A DNA stretch of 64,000 bases from an uncultured bacterium (GCA_937864235.1 CALMJI010000018.1:73955-137954); one strand, 5' to 3'; counted from the first letter of the stretch, positions 39,343-50,009 are shown. The notes: generated by a model not told the origin, from the sequence alone. Translations and numbers: made by a program.

Positions 39343-39359
39343 CAAGTCCTTTTTTTATT

Positions 39360-40534
39360 TTACCAACTACCTCCACCGCCTCCGCGACCAAAGCCACCTC
39401 CGCCTCCAATACCAGTTCCAAAGAATCCTCCGCCACTATTATTAGAGTCATATGAACTACTATTCAATTTAGTCATAGAATGCCCAGTACTATAAATAAT
39501 ATCACTATAAAACCAAGAGGATGAAAATGTATGATCATATTTAGCTGTACTTTCGAACCAATCTGGGTTATCTACAACTATTCCTTCAAAGGCTTTTTCC
39601 CATACTTTTGTATGTCCTAGAGCTATAGCATATGGCAGAATTTCAAAGAATAGATAATTTTTACCTTGGAAATCTAATCGATGTTTTTCTGCTACTACTA
39701 TATATTCTTCTAATCCTAATATATATGCAATCATTTCATCTCCAGCTTGTGTTCTTTTTGGTTTCAGTCTATTTAATATGATTGATGTTATTACTATTAT
39801 TAAACTAGCTATTGCACTTATAGAATATCCTGATATATAAATTATAAGCACCCCAAAACCACCTAGTAGAGGGATTAGATTTAGAAGTACTTTGATTACA
39901 GTAGGTATTTTGATGTAATATTGTGCGACTTCTTCTAAATATATAGCTTGGTATATTTCATTGAATTGATTGCTTTTAGGTAATATAGAATATATTATTG
40001 CAATTATTACTAAAAAAATGAGCTCAATTTGAAATATATAGCCTAGAATTATTAGAATTGCTACCAATATTAGGATATTTATTGTTGCTTGTTGTCTATC
40101 TTTTCTGGATATAAGGGCTCTTGTTTCTAAAAATAGTCTATTATTGGTCATTAAATAATATCTAAAAAGACTTTCTATCAAAAATGCCTCTCCCATATAA
40201 TTAACTCCTCTGGCTTTTTCTTTATCTACCATATCAAAGGTATATTTGGATTGTTGCCAAAATTTCTTATCAAAGTTTTGTTTAATTTTGATAATACCTT
40301 GTCTGGCCAAGGATATCATAAGGGCTGAAATCAGTCTTGGGTGTGGTCTTTGGTATCTTAAATACCCCACTCCTGCTGGGCTTAGGTTTGCCGGAGGAGT
40401 ATATTGGACTATACTTTCGTATTTTATACTTTTATTCCTATACTTTGAGAGTCAAAACCTACAATTCTCTCGGCTAAAGCTATATTGGGTGCTAATAATA
40501 TTGCTAAAGTTATTAGTATGGATTTTAGTTTCAT
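39360..40534 (-). pseudogene. DUF2207-like membrane protein gene remnant: signal-peptide fragment (40427-40534) plus C-terminal TM/Gly-tail portion (39360-40370) in different frames
   Basis: C-terminal Gly-rich tail GGGFFGTGIGGGGGFGRGGGGGSW typical of DUF2207 as recalled; a 35-codon signal-peptide ORF (MKLKSILITLAILLAPNIALAERIVGFDSQ...) ends in a stop 57 nt upstream and out of frame. Confidence 0.35.
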
Positions 40535-40544
40535 ATTTTTATAT

Positions 40545-41273
40545 CTATAAATAATCTAATATCCTATCGTAATCTAGGAATTTGAAGGTTTTGAAGATAA
40601 AGCGACCGAGGACTTCGAGGCTATTGGTGATGAACAGTATTCCGATTAGGACTAGGAATATCCCACTGATTATACGGATGATTGGGGTTAGATTTTCGAT
40701 TTTTTGTAATAACTGTCTGCCTTGCGCTAGTAGTATAGCGGTAATTAAAAATGGGATGGCAAGTCCTATAGAGAATATAAACATCAATATAGCTCCGTCT
40801 GCTACTGTTCCTTTGTTGATGAGGAAGGTTAGAATTGTTCCTAATATTGGTCCTACACAGGGTGTCCAGCCAATTCCGAGTAGAGCTCCGAGTAAAACTG
40901 AGCTTTGTGGTGTCCCGGCTTTAAGTCCTTTGATCCTTGGGTTCCAAGTGGTTTGGAAAATTTTATGTTTGAATATTCCTATCATCTCGAGCCCCCAGAT
41001 TAAGATTAGTGCTCCTGCGATACGACTGATTAGTAATCTCGTGTCTGGATTGAATAAGTTAGACAAACTACTAGCAAATACTCCTAAAATTACGAATATC
41101 CCCATAAATCCTAGTACAAACAGTGCCCCATTTCGTATAGTTTGCAATCTAGTTAATTTACCATCTCCTGTAATAAACCCAATATAAGCAGGGATTAAAG
41201 GAAAGGTACAGGGGGCTAAAAATGTTAGCACCCCTGCTACTAAACTCCCGACCAAAAGAGATGTACTGAGCAT
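40545..41273 (-). CDS. ccdA: cytochrome c-type biogenesis / thiol-disulfide transporter CcdA (DsbD-like)
   Basis: Two conserved Cys in TM1 (LAPCTFPLIP) and TM4 (GWTPCVGPIL); 6 TM helices. Confidence 0.85.
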   Translation of the reverse strand: MLSTSLLVGSLVAGVLTFLAPCTFPLIPAYIGFITGDGKLTRLQTIRNGALFVLGFMGIFVILGVFASSLSNLFNPDTRLLISRIAGALILIWGLEMIGIFKHKIFQTTWNPRIKGLKAGTPQSSVLLGALLGIGWTPCVGPILGTILTFLINKGTVADGAILMFIFSIGLAIPFLITAILLAQGRQLLQKIENLTPIIRIISGIFLVLIGILFITNSLEVLGRFIFKTFKFLDYDRILDYL

Positions 41274-41279
41274 ATTAAT

Positions 41280-42458
41280 TTATTTTTTTCTATATTCTAT
41301 AACTAGAGCTCCAAAAGCTATATAGGTTAGAGTTAGTCCTGTAACTACTCCGATAATTGGGATGAATTTCAATAGATACATTATGATATATATTCCTAAA
41401 GCTACTAGGAAGATTTGTACTTTACCTTGTTTGAGGTCATATTTGTGATTCAACCAATTGGAGATGATTAAACTGGTTATGGATTGAGAGAAGAATACCA
41501 TAGATAGGTAGGCAAAGGTCACAAATAAAGCTACTGGGATTCCAATTATGCTTACAAATAATAATACTATGATTGAAATTGGAAGGAAGAATAGTAGTAT
41601 TCCGTAGAAAAAGGCTTGTCTGAAATCTTTTCCACTTTGTATGTTTTTGACTGCTCTAGATATAAATTTACCTGATAACCATGCTACTAAAAGAATTACT
41701 AAAGCGGCTGAGAATATTCTAAAGACCAGCATTCCTGAGAACATATTGTTCATTATGTCTTGTCTTGTGGTTCTTGGTTGCAATAGTTCTGGGTCAAAAT
41801 TAGCACTTACCCCTTCTTCTAGATTAGGTTTGAGATCTAATTCTTTTGTGTGACCGTAATTAACTGTGTTTCCAAATTTGGCTGATTCTGTTATATTAAC
41901 ACTTTGCTCAGCTACAAATTCTGTTTTACCTGCTAATATTCCCTCTAGGCTAAAATCTGCTGTTCTAATTTTGGTATCTCCTAAAACTGTTCCAGTAATG
42001 TTACTGTCTACACTAGCAATTTTGATATTACCACTAACTGTACCATCTAATTGGAACTTGGAAACAAACGCGATTATATCTCCTGAGATTGTAACATCTT
42101 TGTCTATGATTAAAGTATCTGCAAAGACTATAACATCTCCTTTGACATTGGCTTTGATGATTACAGAATTTCCTGCCAATCTAACATCATCTCCAATTTC
42201 TTGGTTGATAGTGATTTTATCTCCAGCAATAATGGCATCTTGAGTTATGGATGAATCTATGTCTACAACACCTCCAGCAATTATAGCATCCCCTTCTATT
42301 CCTTCTTGGACTCTGACTGTTTGCCCAGCTAAGTAGGCATCTCCTTCTACTTTTTCTCTGATATCCACCGAATCTCCAGCATCTAGCATCAGTGCTGAGA
42401 CTGATTGTATATTCAACACAAAGGCTAGAGCTATAAGTATTGAAAGATATTTTTTCAT
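41280..42458 (-). CDS. secreted/membrane-anchored protein with bactofilin-like (polymer-forming cytoskeletal) beta-helical repeats
   Basis: Signal peptide; repeated G-D-x-x-I-x-G motifs (GDAYLAGQTVRV, GDAIIAGGVVDI, GDKITINQEIGD and others); C-terminal TM helices. Confidence 0.5.
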   Translation of the reverse strand: MKKYLSILIALAFVLNIQSVSALMLDAGDSVDIREKVEGDAYLAGQTVRVQEGIEGDAIIAGGVVDIDSSITQDAIIAGDKITINQEIGDDVRLAGNSVIIKANVKGDVIVFADTLIIDKDVTISGDIIAFVSKFQLDGTVSGNIKIASVDSNITGTVLGDTKIRTADFSLEGILAGKTEFVAEQSVNITESAKFGNTVNYGHTKELDLKPNLEEGVSANFDPELLQPRTTRQDIMNNMFSGMLVFRIFSAALVILLVAWLSGKFISRAVKNIQSGKDFRQAFFYGILLFFLPISIIVLLFVSIIGIPVALFVTFAYLSMVFFSQSITSLIISNWLNHKYDLKQGKVQIFLVALGIYIIMYLLKFIPIIGVVTGLTLTYIAFGALVIEYRKK

Positions 42459-42558
42459 AGATTAAATATATAGCTTATACATAATAATTATATATGTTAT
42501 TGTACAAATTTGTCAAACTATGATATAATTAAATCATAATTAAAAATAATATACAAAT

Positions 42559-43284
42559 ATGATTGAAATCAAAGGTGTATCCAAAAAATTCAAAGATAAA
42601 ACTATTATTCATAGTTTGGATTTGTCTATCAAAAAAGGTGAATTTTATGCCCTAATTGGTCCTAATGGAGCTGGTAAGAGCACTTTGATCAAATTATTAT
42701 CTGGATTGTTACAGCCTACTAAGGGAGAAATTCTTTTGGATGGGATTAATATTGTAGAAAACCCAAAAGAGGCTAAGGCTTTGATTGGATATATTCCTGA
42801 CGAGCCGACTGTGTGGGATGGAATGACTGGATTTGAATTTATGAACTTTGTGGGTGCATTGTATAATATCCCTGCTAATGAAAGAGAAAAAGATATCAAA
42901 AAACTATTGAAAATTTATAATATAACAGGCACAGAGCATCAATTATATCAGGATTATTCTCGTGGAGTGAGGCAAAAATATTCTATTCTAGCAGCTCTAT
43001 TACATAATCCTAGTATATTATTGATTGACGAGCCTATTGTTGGTCTTGATCCTATTAGTATTGATATTACTAAAAATATTCTGGATGAATTTGTAAAGGA
43101 TGGTGGGACGGTCTTGATGGTGACTCATACTTTATTTGTAGCTCAAGAATTAGCAACTAGAATTGGTCTGTTTGAAAAGGGTAAAATAAAGATTGAAGGT
43201 ACTTATAAGGAGTTGGTAGATAAAGCTCATTTACCTGCTAAGACCTCTCTAGATGATGTTTATAAAAATTATTTAGCTAAATAA
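42559..43284 (+). CDS. ABC transporter ATP-binding protein
   Basis: Walker A GPNGAGKST, signature YSRGVRQK, Walker B LLIDEP. Confidence 0.85.
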   Translation: MIEIKGVSKKFKDKTIIHSLDLSIKKGEFYALIGPNGAGKSTLIKLLSGLLQPTKGEILLDGINIVENPKEAKALIGYIPDEPTVWDGMTGFEFMNFVGALYNIPANEREKDIKKLLKIYNITGTEHQLYQDYSRGVRQKYSILAALLHNPSILLIDEPIVGLDPISIDITKNILDEFVKDGGTVLMVTHTLFVAQELATRIGLFEKGKIKIEGTYKELVDKAHLPAKTSLDDVYKNYLAK

Positions 43285-43289
43285 ATACT

Positions 43290-44966
43290 ATGTCAGAATC
43301 ATTTGGATTATTATTGTCTTATCCTGGACAAGTTATCAAAAGGTACTTGGCTCGTGAAAAATTTACTCGTATCTTTGCTATTTTTATATTATTACTGATT
43401 ATTCTATTTATAGGGGTTTCAATTTATGTTACCACAATTGAAGGACTAAACTTTATTAGTAGAGATATTGAATTGAGAGATGCTTTATACTTTTATATAG
43501 CGCAACTGTTTTATTTACTTGTTTTTGTATTAAGTTTTGGGAATAGCATTCTAGTAATTGCTGCCTCTTTTGCTCGTAAATCTCATCAGTGGATTATGGC
43601 TACACCGTCCTTCTCTATTATGGCTTTTGTGAATTTATTCCAATTGTTAGCTTCTAGTCTGTGGATTTTTCTTGCTGTTATTATTCCTGTCTTAATGGGA
43701 ATTGCTCAATTTATGGGAGTGGATGGATTACAATTGTTTTTGAGTTTTGTATTGACTACAGCTTTGATTATTGTTGAGAGTATTTGTGGGGTTCTGGCTT
43801 ATATGCTTAGTGTTTATCTGTTGAGATATTTATCTACATTAATTGGTCGAAATATTGTTTCTCAGTCTCTGGCTATTATTTTGCTTGTAATTAGCTCAGT
43901 TCTGATGATTGCTTTATTCTGGAGAATTGCTATTCCTCAAGATTTTGTAAAATTCTTTGATGGTAATTATATTGTCCAAATGCAAACTATGAAGGAGCAG
44001 TTAATTTATCTACCTACTTTTGGTATAGCTCAAGTTTTACATGATTTATTGTTCTGCTCCAATATATTTGGTACTACTTATACTATAATCTTTACTGGTT
44101 TAACTTTGGGGTTATTGATAACTGTATATGTTTTATTAGATAAAAGTTATCTGGTAATGTGGCAATTATTACAGGAGGGTAATTATATAGCTGGACAGGA
44201 TAATAAGAGAATCAATACCTATAAATCCTATAATTTCCCAGCTATCAATGCAGTTCATAATATTATTGATAAAGAATTATTGTTAATCTGGAGAGATAAA
44301 AAAAATCTACTTTGGTTTGTAATTGTAATTGGATTATGGTTAGCTCAGACTGCGGTTAGCTGGAGAGTTACTGCTAATGCTAACAATTATGGTGATGGCT
44401 ATATCTTTCCTGACTTTGTATATGCTTTGATTCTAGCTATTGGGCTATACTTTATTAGTGCCCTGTCTCTGAGATTTGTATTTCCTACCTTTAGTGCAGA
44501 GAGAAAAGTAGCTTGGATTCTAGGAGTTGCTCCAATTTCTCCTTGGAATATTGCAGTTGGTAAATTATTGATTTATACAGGAATATTTTTATTCTTAGGT
44601 AGTCCGATTTTGATTGCTAATTTTGTGATATTAGGTTTTGGATTCTTCCCTGCTCTATTGTATTGGATTGTATTTAGCTTATCTGTAATTCTAATAGTAT
44701 TGCTCGCTATCTATTTGTCTATTGCCTATCCTAATAGATTTTCTAGTGACCCTGAAACTTTATCCACTACCCTACCTGGATTAGCCTTTACTAGCTTGGC
44801 CTTGGGTGGAACAATTATTATTGCTAATATTATGTATTTGGTTCTGTCTAATGTAGATTTGGTAGTACTTCTAATATTATTGATTACTGTTCTAAATTTG
44901 TTGCTTACAAGTTTGACATATAATGCTAGTGAGAAATTTGAATATGCTGGTGAAATTATTGCCTAA
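43290..44966 (+). CDS. large ABC-exporter-like permease (polytopic membrane protein)
   Basis: 558 aa, more than 10 TM helices, immediately downstream of the ATPase. Confidence 0.5.
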   Translation: MSESFGLLLSYPGQVIKRYLAREKFTRIFAIFILLLIILFIGVSIYVTTIEGLNFISRDIELRDALYFYIAQLFYLLVFVLSFGNSILVIAASFARKSHQWIMATPSFSIMAFVNLFQLLASSLWIFLAVIIPVLMGIAQFMGVDGLQLFLSFVLTTALIIVESICGVLAYMLSVYLLRYLSTLIGRNIVSQSLAIILLVISSVLMIALFWRIAIPQDFVKFFDGNYIVQMQTMKEQLIYLPTFGIAQVLHDLLFCSNIFGTTYTIIFTGLTLGLLITVYVLLDKSYLVMWQLLQEGNYIAGQDNKRINTYKSYNFPAINAVHNIIDKELLLIWRDKKNLLWFVIVIGLWLAQTAVSWRVTANANNYGDGYIFPDFVYALILAIGLYFISALSLRFVFPTFSAERKVAWILGVAPISPWNIAVGKLLIYTGIFLFLGSPILIANFVILGFGFFPALLYWIVFSLSVILIVLLAIYLSIAYPNRFSSDPETLSTTLPGLAFTSLALGGTIIIANIMYLVLSNVDLVVLLILLITVLNLLLTSLTYNASEKFEYAGEIIA

Positions 44967-44971
44967 TTAAA

Positions 44972-45982
44972 TTGCTTATGAAATTATTAGCCTTTGAAAT
45001 AGATGCTGCTGAAAAAGTATATTTACAAGAAAATTTAACTGTTGATTTACACCAGGAATACTATGAAGATACTCTATCAATCGAGGCTTTAGATAATAAA
45101 CAAGATACTACTCATTTGGTGGTATTTGTATACTCTAGGGTAAATACTGAGGTGTTAGATAAATTGCCTAACTTAAAGGCCATATTTACTATGTCTACTG
45201 GTTATGACCATATTGATATAGAAGATTGTAAAGCTCGTGGAATTACTGTGCATTCCGTCCCCTTTTATGGGGAAAATACCGTAGCGGAGCATACTTTTGC
45301 TTTGATTCTAGCTCTTTCTAGACAATTGATAGAGTCAATTGAGAGGACTAAGACCTTTGATTTTAATCCAGCTGGACTAGAGGGTTTTGATTTGAGAGGT
45401 AAGACTTTGGGAATTATCGGTATGGGTAGAATTGGGAGCTTTGTAGCTAAAATGGCTAAAGGTTTTGATATGAAAATTCTAGCTTATGATGCTTTTGTAA
45501 AAGATGAATTGGCTCGAGAGATTGGATTTGAATATGTTAGTTTAGAGGATTTATTAGCAAAATCAGATATTGTAACTTTGCATACTGCCTATAGACCTGA
45601 GACTCATCATATTATTAATCGCGAGTCTATCCAATTAATGAAAAAGGGGGCTTATATTATTAATACTGCTCGTGGTGGCCTGATTGAGACTTCTGCCTTG
45701 ATAATGGCTTTAGAAGAAGGGATTTTAGCAGGAGCTGGATTGGATGTATTGGAGGAAGAGTGTTTTATAAAAGAAGAAAAAGAATTACTATCTCAGGCTT
45801 TTTTGAAGACTTGTGATTTACAAACAGTGGTACAAGATCATCTTTTAATTCAAGACAAGCGAGTAATTGTGACTCCACATAATGCTTTTAATTCAAGAGA
45901 GGCTATCTTGAGAATACTTGAGACTACCATAGATAATATACAAACTCAGATTAAGGGTGAGATGTTGAATTTGGTGAAGTAG
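44972..45982 (+). CDS. D-isomer-specific 2-hydroxyacid dehydrogenase (D-lactate/phosphoglycerate DH family)
   Basis: NAD-binding GIIGMGRIGS; catalytic Arg/Glu/His context (TARGGLIE...VTPHNA). Confidence 0.85.
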   Translation: MLMKLLAFEIDAAEKVYLQENLTVDLHQEYYEDTLSIEALDNKQDTTHLVVFVYSRVNTEVLDKLPNLKAIFTMSTGYDHIDIEDCKARGITVHSVPFYGENTVAEHTFALILALSRQLIESIERTKTFDFNPAGLEGFDLRGKTLGIIGMGRIGSFVAKMAKGFDMKILAYDAFVKDELAREIGFEYVSLEDLLAKSDIVTLHTAYRPETHHIINRESIQLMKKGAYIINTARGGLIETSALIMALEEGILAGAGLDVLEEECFIKEEKELLSQAFLKTCDLQTVVQDHLLIQDKRVIVTPHNAFNSREAILRILETTIDNIQTQIKGEMLNLVK

Positions 45983-45989
45983 GGACAAA

Positions 45990-46100
45990 AATACTGTCCT
46001 ACCTTGGGGGAGGACAGAAATAAACTGCCCCTCGCTTTGTAATCCGCCTTGTGAGGAGGCGAGGGTGGACCACGTCAGTGGGTGGGTGTGGACAGTTTTG
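45990..46100. repeat. GC-rich modular intergenic repeat
   Basis: CCTACC-ttgg-GGGAGG and aatccgccttgtgaggaggcgaggg modules. Confidence 0.75.
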
Positions 46101-46179
46101 GACTATGTACTAATAATAACTTTTACATCTAAAAAGAGAGATAATATCCCTCTTTTTATCTGGACTTTAGAATATAAGA

Positions 46180-46611
46180 TTAGCTCTTATTTAGGCTGAT
46201 TACCTTCTTGCTAGAGTCTGACTTTTGCTGTACTCTGATGGTTATCTCTCCATCTTTATAGTCAGCTGTCACTGAATCTTCATCTATATCTCCGGGCAAT
46301 TGGACTGATCGGCTAAAAGATTCTTTGGAAATAGATTTGAAGTAATAATGTCTATCTTTATCCTCTTTTTCCTCTTCGGATGAGACTTTACCTTCTATGG
46401 TCAAGACTCTATTATCTAAAGTGATTTCTAAATTTTCTTCCTTGAATCCTGGAGCTTGTAGTCTAACGACTAGCTCAGACCCATCTTGATACATTTCCAT
46501 ATCATTGATAGATCTTGTAAGGCTCGGAAAGGATGTCTCGAATATTTCATCGAATAGCCTACTTGGGCTTAATTCAAAAGTATTTAATGTTGGTAGATTG
46601 CGAATCCTCAT
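46180..46611 (-). CDS. Hsp20/alpha-crystallin small heat-shock protein
   Basis: ACD domain blocks (ELVVRLQAPGFKEENLEI...VLTIEGK). Confidence 0.85.
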   Translation of the reverse strand: MRIRNLPTLNTFELSPSRLFDEIFETSFPSLTRSINDMEMYQDGSELVVRLQAPGFKEENLEITLDNRVLTIEGKVSSEEEKEDKDRHYYFKSISKESFSRSVQLPGDIDEDSVTADYKDGEITIRVQQKSDSSKKVISLNKS

Positions 46612-46692
46612 ATATGTATAACTTAATATTACTAATATGTGATGTACATCTGTCTGGAGGGGACCCTCCTTATTAATATTATAACTCTAATT

Positions 46693-46719
46693 TTAGCAGT
46701 GTCAAGATGTGGCTGCTAA
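46693..46719. promoter_or_regulatory. CIRCE-like inverted repeat (putative HrcA operator) upstream of hsp20
   Basis: TTAGCAGTG-N9-GGCTGCTAA versus CIRCE consensus TTAGCACTC-N9-GAGTGCTAA; about 80 nt upstream of the hsp20 start. Confidence 0.35.
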
Positions 46720-47271
46720 TTACTTCACCGTGATTTCACTTAAGATTTTTGCCCATTTGAGGTCTAAAAAGTGTCCGCTATTAGGTGTAGTGATTAGCTC
46801 GGCTTGCAAATCTGTAGCTATATTCTGAGCTTGAATATATGGAATATTGGAATCATCCTCGGAGCCGATGACTTTAATCTTCCCTTTTATCTTGGATTTG
46901 ACCTGATTAATATCTACCAAATGCTCAAAAAAGTTAGCATAATTGCCATTGCGGAAACTGGCGTTGGCAAGGGTATTATCAAAAGGGGCTATAAGTACTA
47001 TATTTTGTACTGTCTGTCTAGTTTGCTCCAAGAATAACAAAACGGCTCTAGTACCCAGACTATGTCCAACTAAAATTACTGAATTCTTTGCCCCTGACAC
47101 TGCTTGCTCTATAATTGGATACCATTCTCTAAAAACTGGATATTTACCTCCAGGCAAATTAAGGGTTATCACCTCGCTACCAGATTCTATAATATATTTA
47201 CGGAAGTCTGGATGCCACATACTCTCACTATTATGATTATATCCTGGGATATCTATAATAGTATAGGCCAT
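46720..47271 (-). CDS. alpha/beta-hydrolase (RBBP9/YdeN-like serine hydrolase)
   Basis: GHSLG nucleophile elbow; 183 aa. Confidence 0.7.
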   Translation of the reverse strand: MAYTIIDIPGYNHNSESMWHPDFRKYIIESGSEVITLNLPGGKYPVFREWYPIIEQAVSGAKNSVILVGHSLGTRAVLLFLEQTRQTVQNIVLIAPFDNTLANASFRNGNYANFFEHLVDINQVKSKIKGKIKVIGSEDDSNIPYIQAQNIATDLQAELITTPNSGHFLDLKWAKILSEITVK

Positions 47272-47272
47272 A

Positions 47273-47479
47273 TTATTTTTTGAAGTAATTGATAATTAAC
47301 TGCAAACAACCAACGATTCCAATCACTACCCCTAATCCCATCAAAATTGGGAATATAATCTGTGCTGCAAAATTAGCAATGAATGAGAATAAAAATAATC
47401 CAAGACCACCCCAAATTAGTAACTGTGGCTTAGACTTTAAATTTTTACTATTATTGCCTCCTATAATTCTAATTTCCAT
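47273..47479 (-). CDS. small membrane protein (hypothetical)
   Basis: 68 aa with 2 TM helices, abutting the upstream gene. Confidence 0.3.
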   Translation of the reverse strand: MEIRIIGGNNSKNLKSKPQLLIWGGLGLFLFSFIANFAAQIIFPILMGLGVVIGIVGCLQLIINYFKK

Positions 47480-47624
47480 ATTTAAAAAAATATTCTACTT
47501 AACATTTATATTATATCATATTTGCACAAAACAAAAACTCCCTCGAGGGGAGTCTTTGTAAAAATTTATAAAAGAGCTTGTGTATTATATAAATTTTAGG
47601 GTTTTGTGTCAAGGGAATAATATC

Positions 47625-48272
47625 CTACTCCTTTACCACTTTAGCGGAGATGATTTTGACATCTTCTACGGGTCTATCTTGTACACCAGTTTGGACAGTA
47701 GAGATGGTCTCAGCGATGTCTAGTCCTCCGATCACTTTACCGGCATTAGTGTGTGCTCCGTCTAGCCAAGGTGTGGATGCAGTGGTGACGATGAAGAATT
47801 GGGATCCATTGGTATCTGGTCCTGAATTAGCCATAGCAAAACTTCCTTTAACTAGTGGCTCGTCATTGATTTCATCATCAAACTTTTCTCCGGCATCTCC
47901 AGTTCCATATAAAGCAGATTTACTTGGGTCTTTGGTATTAGGGTCTCCTCCTTGTATCATAAAATCTTTGATCACTCTATGGAATAAGGTATTGTCATAG
48001 ACTCCTTCTTTGGTGTATTTGATAATTTTGCTGGCTGTGTTGGGTGAGAGGTCGCTGAATAATTCTACGGTGATTTTACCTTTGCTAGTGTTGAATTCTA
48101 TAATTGGTCGCTCTTTCATAATGTCTTCATTTAATTTGGTAATTTGTTGAGTTTGCTCGAGACTAGCCTTGATAGCTTCATTGCCTTTTTCACTAAAGTC
48201 TTTATTGATAAAAACTGTTATCCCAAGTACTAAAAAGGTTATCCCTAAGGCAAAATATCCGAATTGTTTCAT
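47625..48272 (-). CDS. peptidyl-prolyl cis-trans isomerase, cyclophilin type (membrane-anchored/secreted)
   Basis: FHRVIKDFMIQGGDP cyclophilin signature; N-terminal TM/signal. Confidence 0.9.
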   Translation of the reverse strand: MKQFGYFALGITFLVLGITVFINKDFSEKGNEAIKASLEQTQQITKLNEDIMKERPIIEFNTSKGKITVELFSDLSPNTASKIIKYTKEGVYDNTLFHRVIKDFMIQGGDPNTKDPSKSALYGTGDAGEKFDDEINDEPLVKGSFAMANSGPDTNGSQFFIVTTASTPWLDGAHTNAGKVIGGLDIAETISTVQTGVQDRPVEDVKIISAKVVKE

Positions 48273-48369
48273 ATCTGTATTCTCTTATTGATATATTATA
48301 TTTTGTATTTTTATTATAGCATAGAAAGAAAAATTTTTGAATGGGTTGTATGGTGTTTTTAAATTTCCC

Positions 48370-48750
48370 TGTCCTCCTCCGTCACTTTACGGTGCCACCT
48401 CCCCCAAGGGAGGACAGTAATTTTGTCCCTCGCCGGCGAGGGTGGCACGGAGCGCCGGGTGTGGACTTGTCTTTGATAGGTATTTTTTATCCACCCTCCC
48501 ACTACGGGTACGCCCTCCCTGCCTACCGCAGGCAGGCAAAAGGAGACAAAAAGCAGAGTTCAGGCGACTGAAAGGTCGCCCCTACGAGGACAGAATATAC
48601 TATTTAACTCTATCCACCTCCGGCCTAAAGGCAACCTCCTCCTAAGGAGGACACGATCTCCAATGCAGGACAATCCACCCCGTCAATAAAAGATTTCCAC
48701 CCCTCAATGAAATCCGCCTTGGGCGGAGAGGGGAATTTTAATATAGCCCC
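48370..48750. repeat. GC-rich modular intergenic repeat
   Basis: Modules shared with 19280-19480 and 10872-10971 (ctgcctaccgcaggcaggc, GGCAC-gga-GCGCC). Confidence 0.8.
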
Positions 48751-48755
48751 CACCT

Positions 48756-49424
48756 CTACACTTTCAAATAGTCTAGGTGGGCGGTATCATTGTATGTGAT
48801 TAGTTTCCAACCGGTATATGGATATTCTGGATGATAATGTAGCACTACTATTCCTGTATTTTCTAGCCAATATTGTTCTTGTAATCTCTTATAAATATCT
48901 GGAGTTAATGCATCACCTAAAATCACTTTTATAATTAAAGCATTTAAGAAAAATTGATGCGTGACTACTCCTAAAACTGGCTCTGGCTTTAATTTTAAGA
49001 ATTCTATGGCTTGCTCTGCTCTTGCTAACATACTATCATAACTATCTCCGTCTTCAATCTGGGTATTAGGCTCAAAAAGACTATTGACCCAATTCTTTTC
49101 TATTTCTAATATTCTTGGTTCTTGTCTAATTTGTCCTATGATTGAACTGGGCTTTTGTTTTTCTATAAATAAATCTGAATATTCTATATCTAAATTTGTG
49201 ATTGAACTTATTATTTTAGATGTTTCTTTCGCTCTAGTCAGGGTGCTAGATATGAGATATGATAATTGTAAATACTTGATTCTCTCAGCTAATTTAATAG
49301 CCTGTGATTTACCTACTTCTGTTAAATACTGCTCTCTTACATGAATATTTTTATTTTTGTTAATATTCTCATCACTCTGAGCATGACGAAAAAAATATAT
49401 TGTTTTTTGTGGTTTTGTATACAT
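48756..49424 (-). CDS. histidine phosphatase family protein (second paralog)
   Basis: RHAQSDEN motif; C-terminus NDTAHL shared with the 23308-23949 product. Confidence 0.7.
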   Translation of the reverse strand: MYTKPQKTIYFFRHAQSDENINKNKNIHVREQYLTEVGKSQAIKLAERIKYLQLSYLISSTLTRAKETSKIISSITNLDIEYSDLFIEKQKPSSIIGQIRQEPRILEIEKNWVNSLFEPNTQIEDGDSYDSMLARAEQAIEFLKLKPEPVLGVVTHQFFLNALIIKVILGDALTPDIYKRLQEQYWLENTGIVVLHYHPEYPYTGWKLITYNDTAHLDYLKV

Positions 49425-49471
49425 AATTAAGTTAAGTAAAGAGATATTTTATTATAAAAGAAAGTAGTTTG

Positions 49472-49544
49472 TGGACCGTACTGGGATCGAACCAGCGACC
49501 TCTTCCATGCCATGGAAGCGCGCTACCAACTGCGCCAACGGCCC
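49472..49544 (-). tRNA. tRNA-Ala (anticodon GGC)
   Basis: Hand-folded cloverleaf: acceptor GGGCCGT/ACGGTCC with the G3:U70 Ala identity pair, D-arm GCGC-AGTTGGTA-GCGC, anticodon loop AT-GGC-AT, T-arm GCTGG-TTCGATC-CCAGT; CCA not encoded. Confidence 0.8.
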
Positions 49545-49655
49545 TTTAATATTTGTATTATATCAGTATATATTATATCTGGCAATATGTATTGAGTTTG
49601 AATCTTGGCTGTATTTGTATTATAATATATATACTTATTCATTAATTTTACAATT

Positions 49656-50009
49656 ATGTCTAATAAATCTTTATTCGGGTCTATATTAGTTGGAATTGGA
49701 ATTGTGTGGTTACTTGATAGTTTTGGAGTAATTGATGCTCCTAGTTTTGGGCAGTGGTTGCCGATTATTTTGATAGCTTTTGGTGTATGGAGATTTCTGT
49801 CATCTCAGTTTAAAGCTATTGTGGAAGCTATAATCTGGATTGGATCTGGAGTAACTATTGGATTATTGCAATTAGACATCATTACTGTTAGACAACTTTT
49901 TAGAGCCTTTTGGCCTGTAATTGTGATTCTGATTGGTTTATGGGTTTTGAGTTCTGGCAATAAAAAGAGTATTGAAAAAGAAGGAGAGAAAGAGGAGAAA
50001 AAGAGTTAA
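49656..50009 (+). CDS. small membrane protein (LiaF/DUF5668-like TM region?)
   Basis: 117 aa, 4 TM helices, WPVIVILIGLWVL motif; located just upstream of the heliorhodopsin gene. Confidence 0.45.
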   Translation: MSNKSLFGSILVGIGIVWLLDSFGVIDAPSFGQWLPIILIAFGVWRFLSSQFKAIVEAIIWIGSGVTIGLLQLDIITVRQLFRAFWPVIVILIGLWVLSSGNKKSIEKEGEKEEKKS

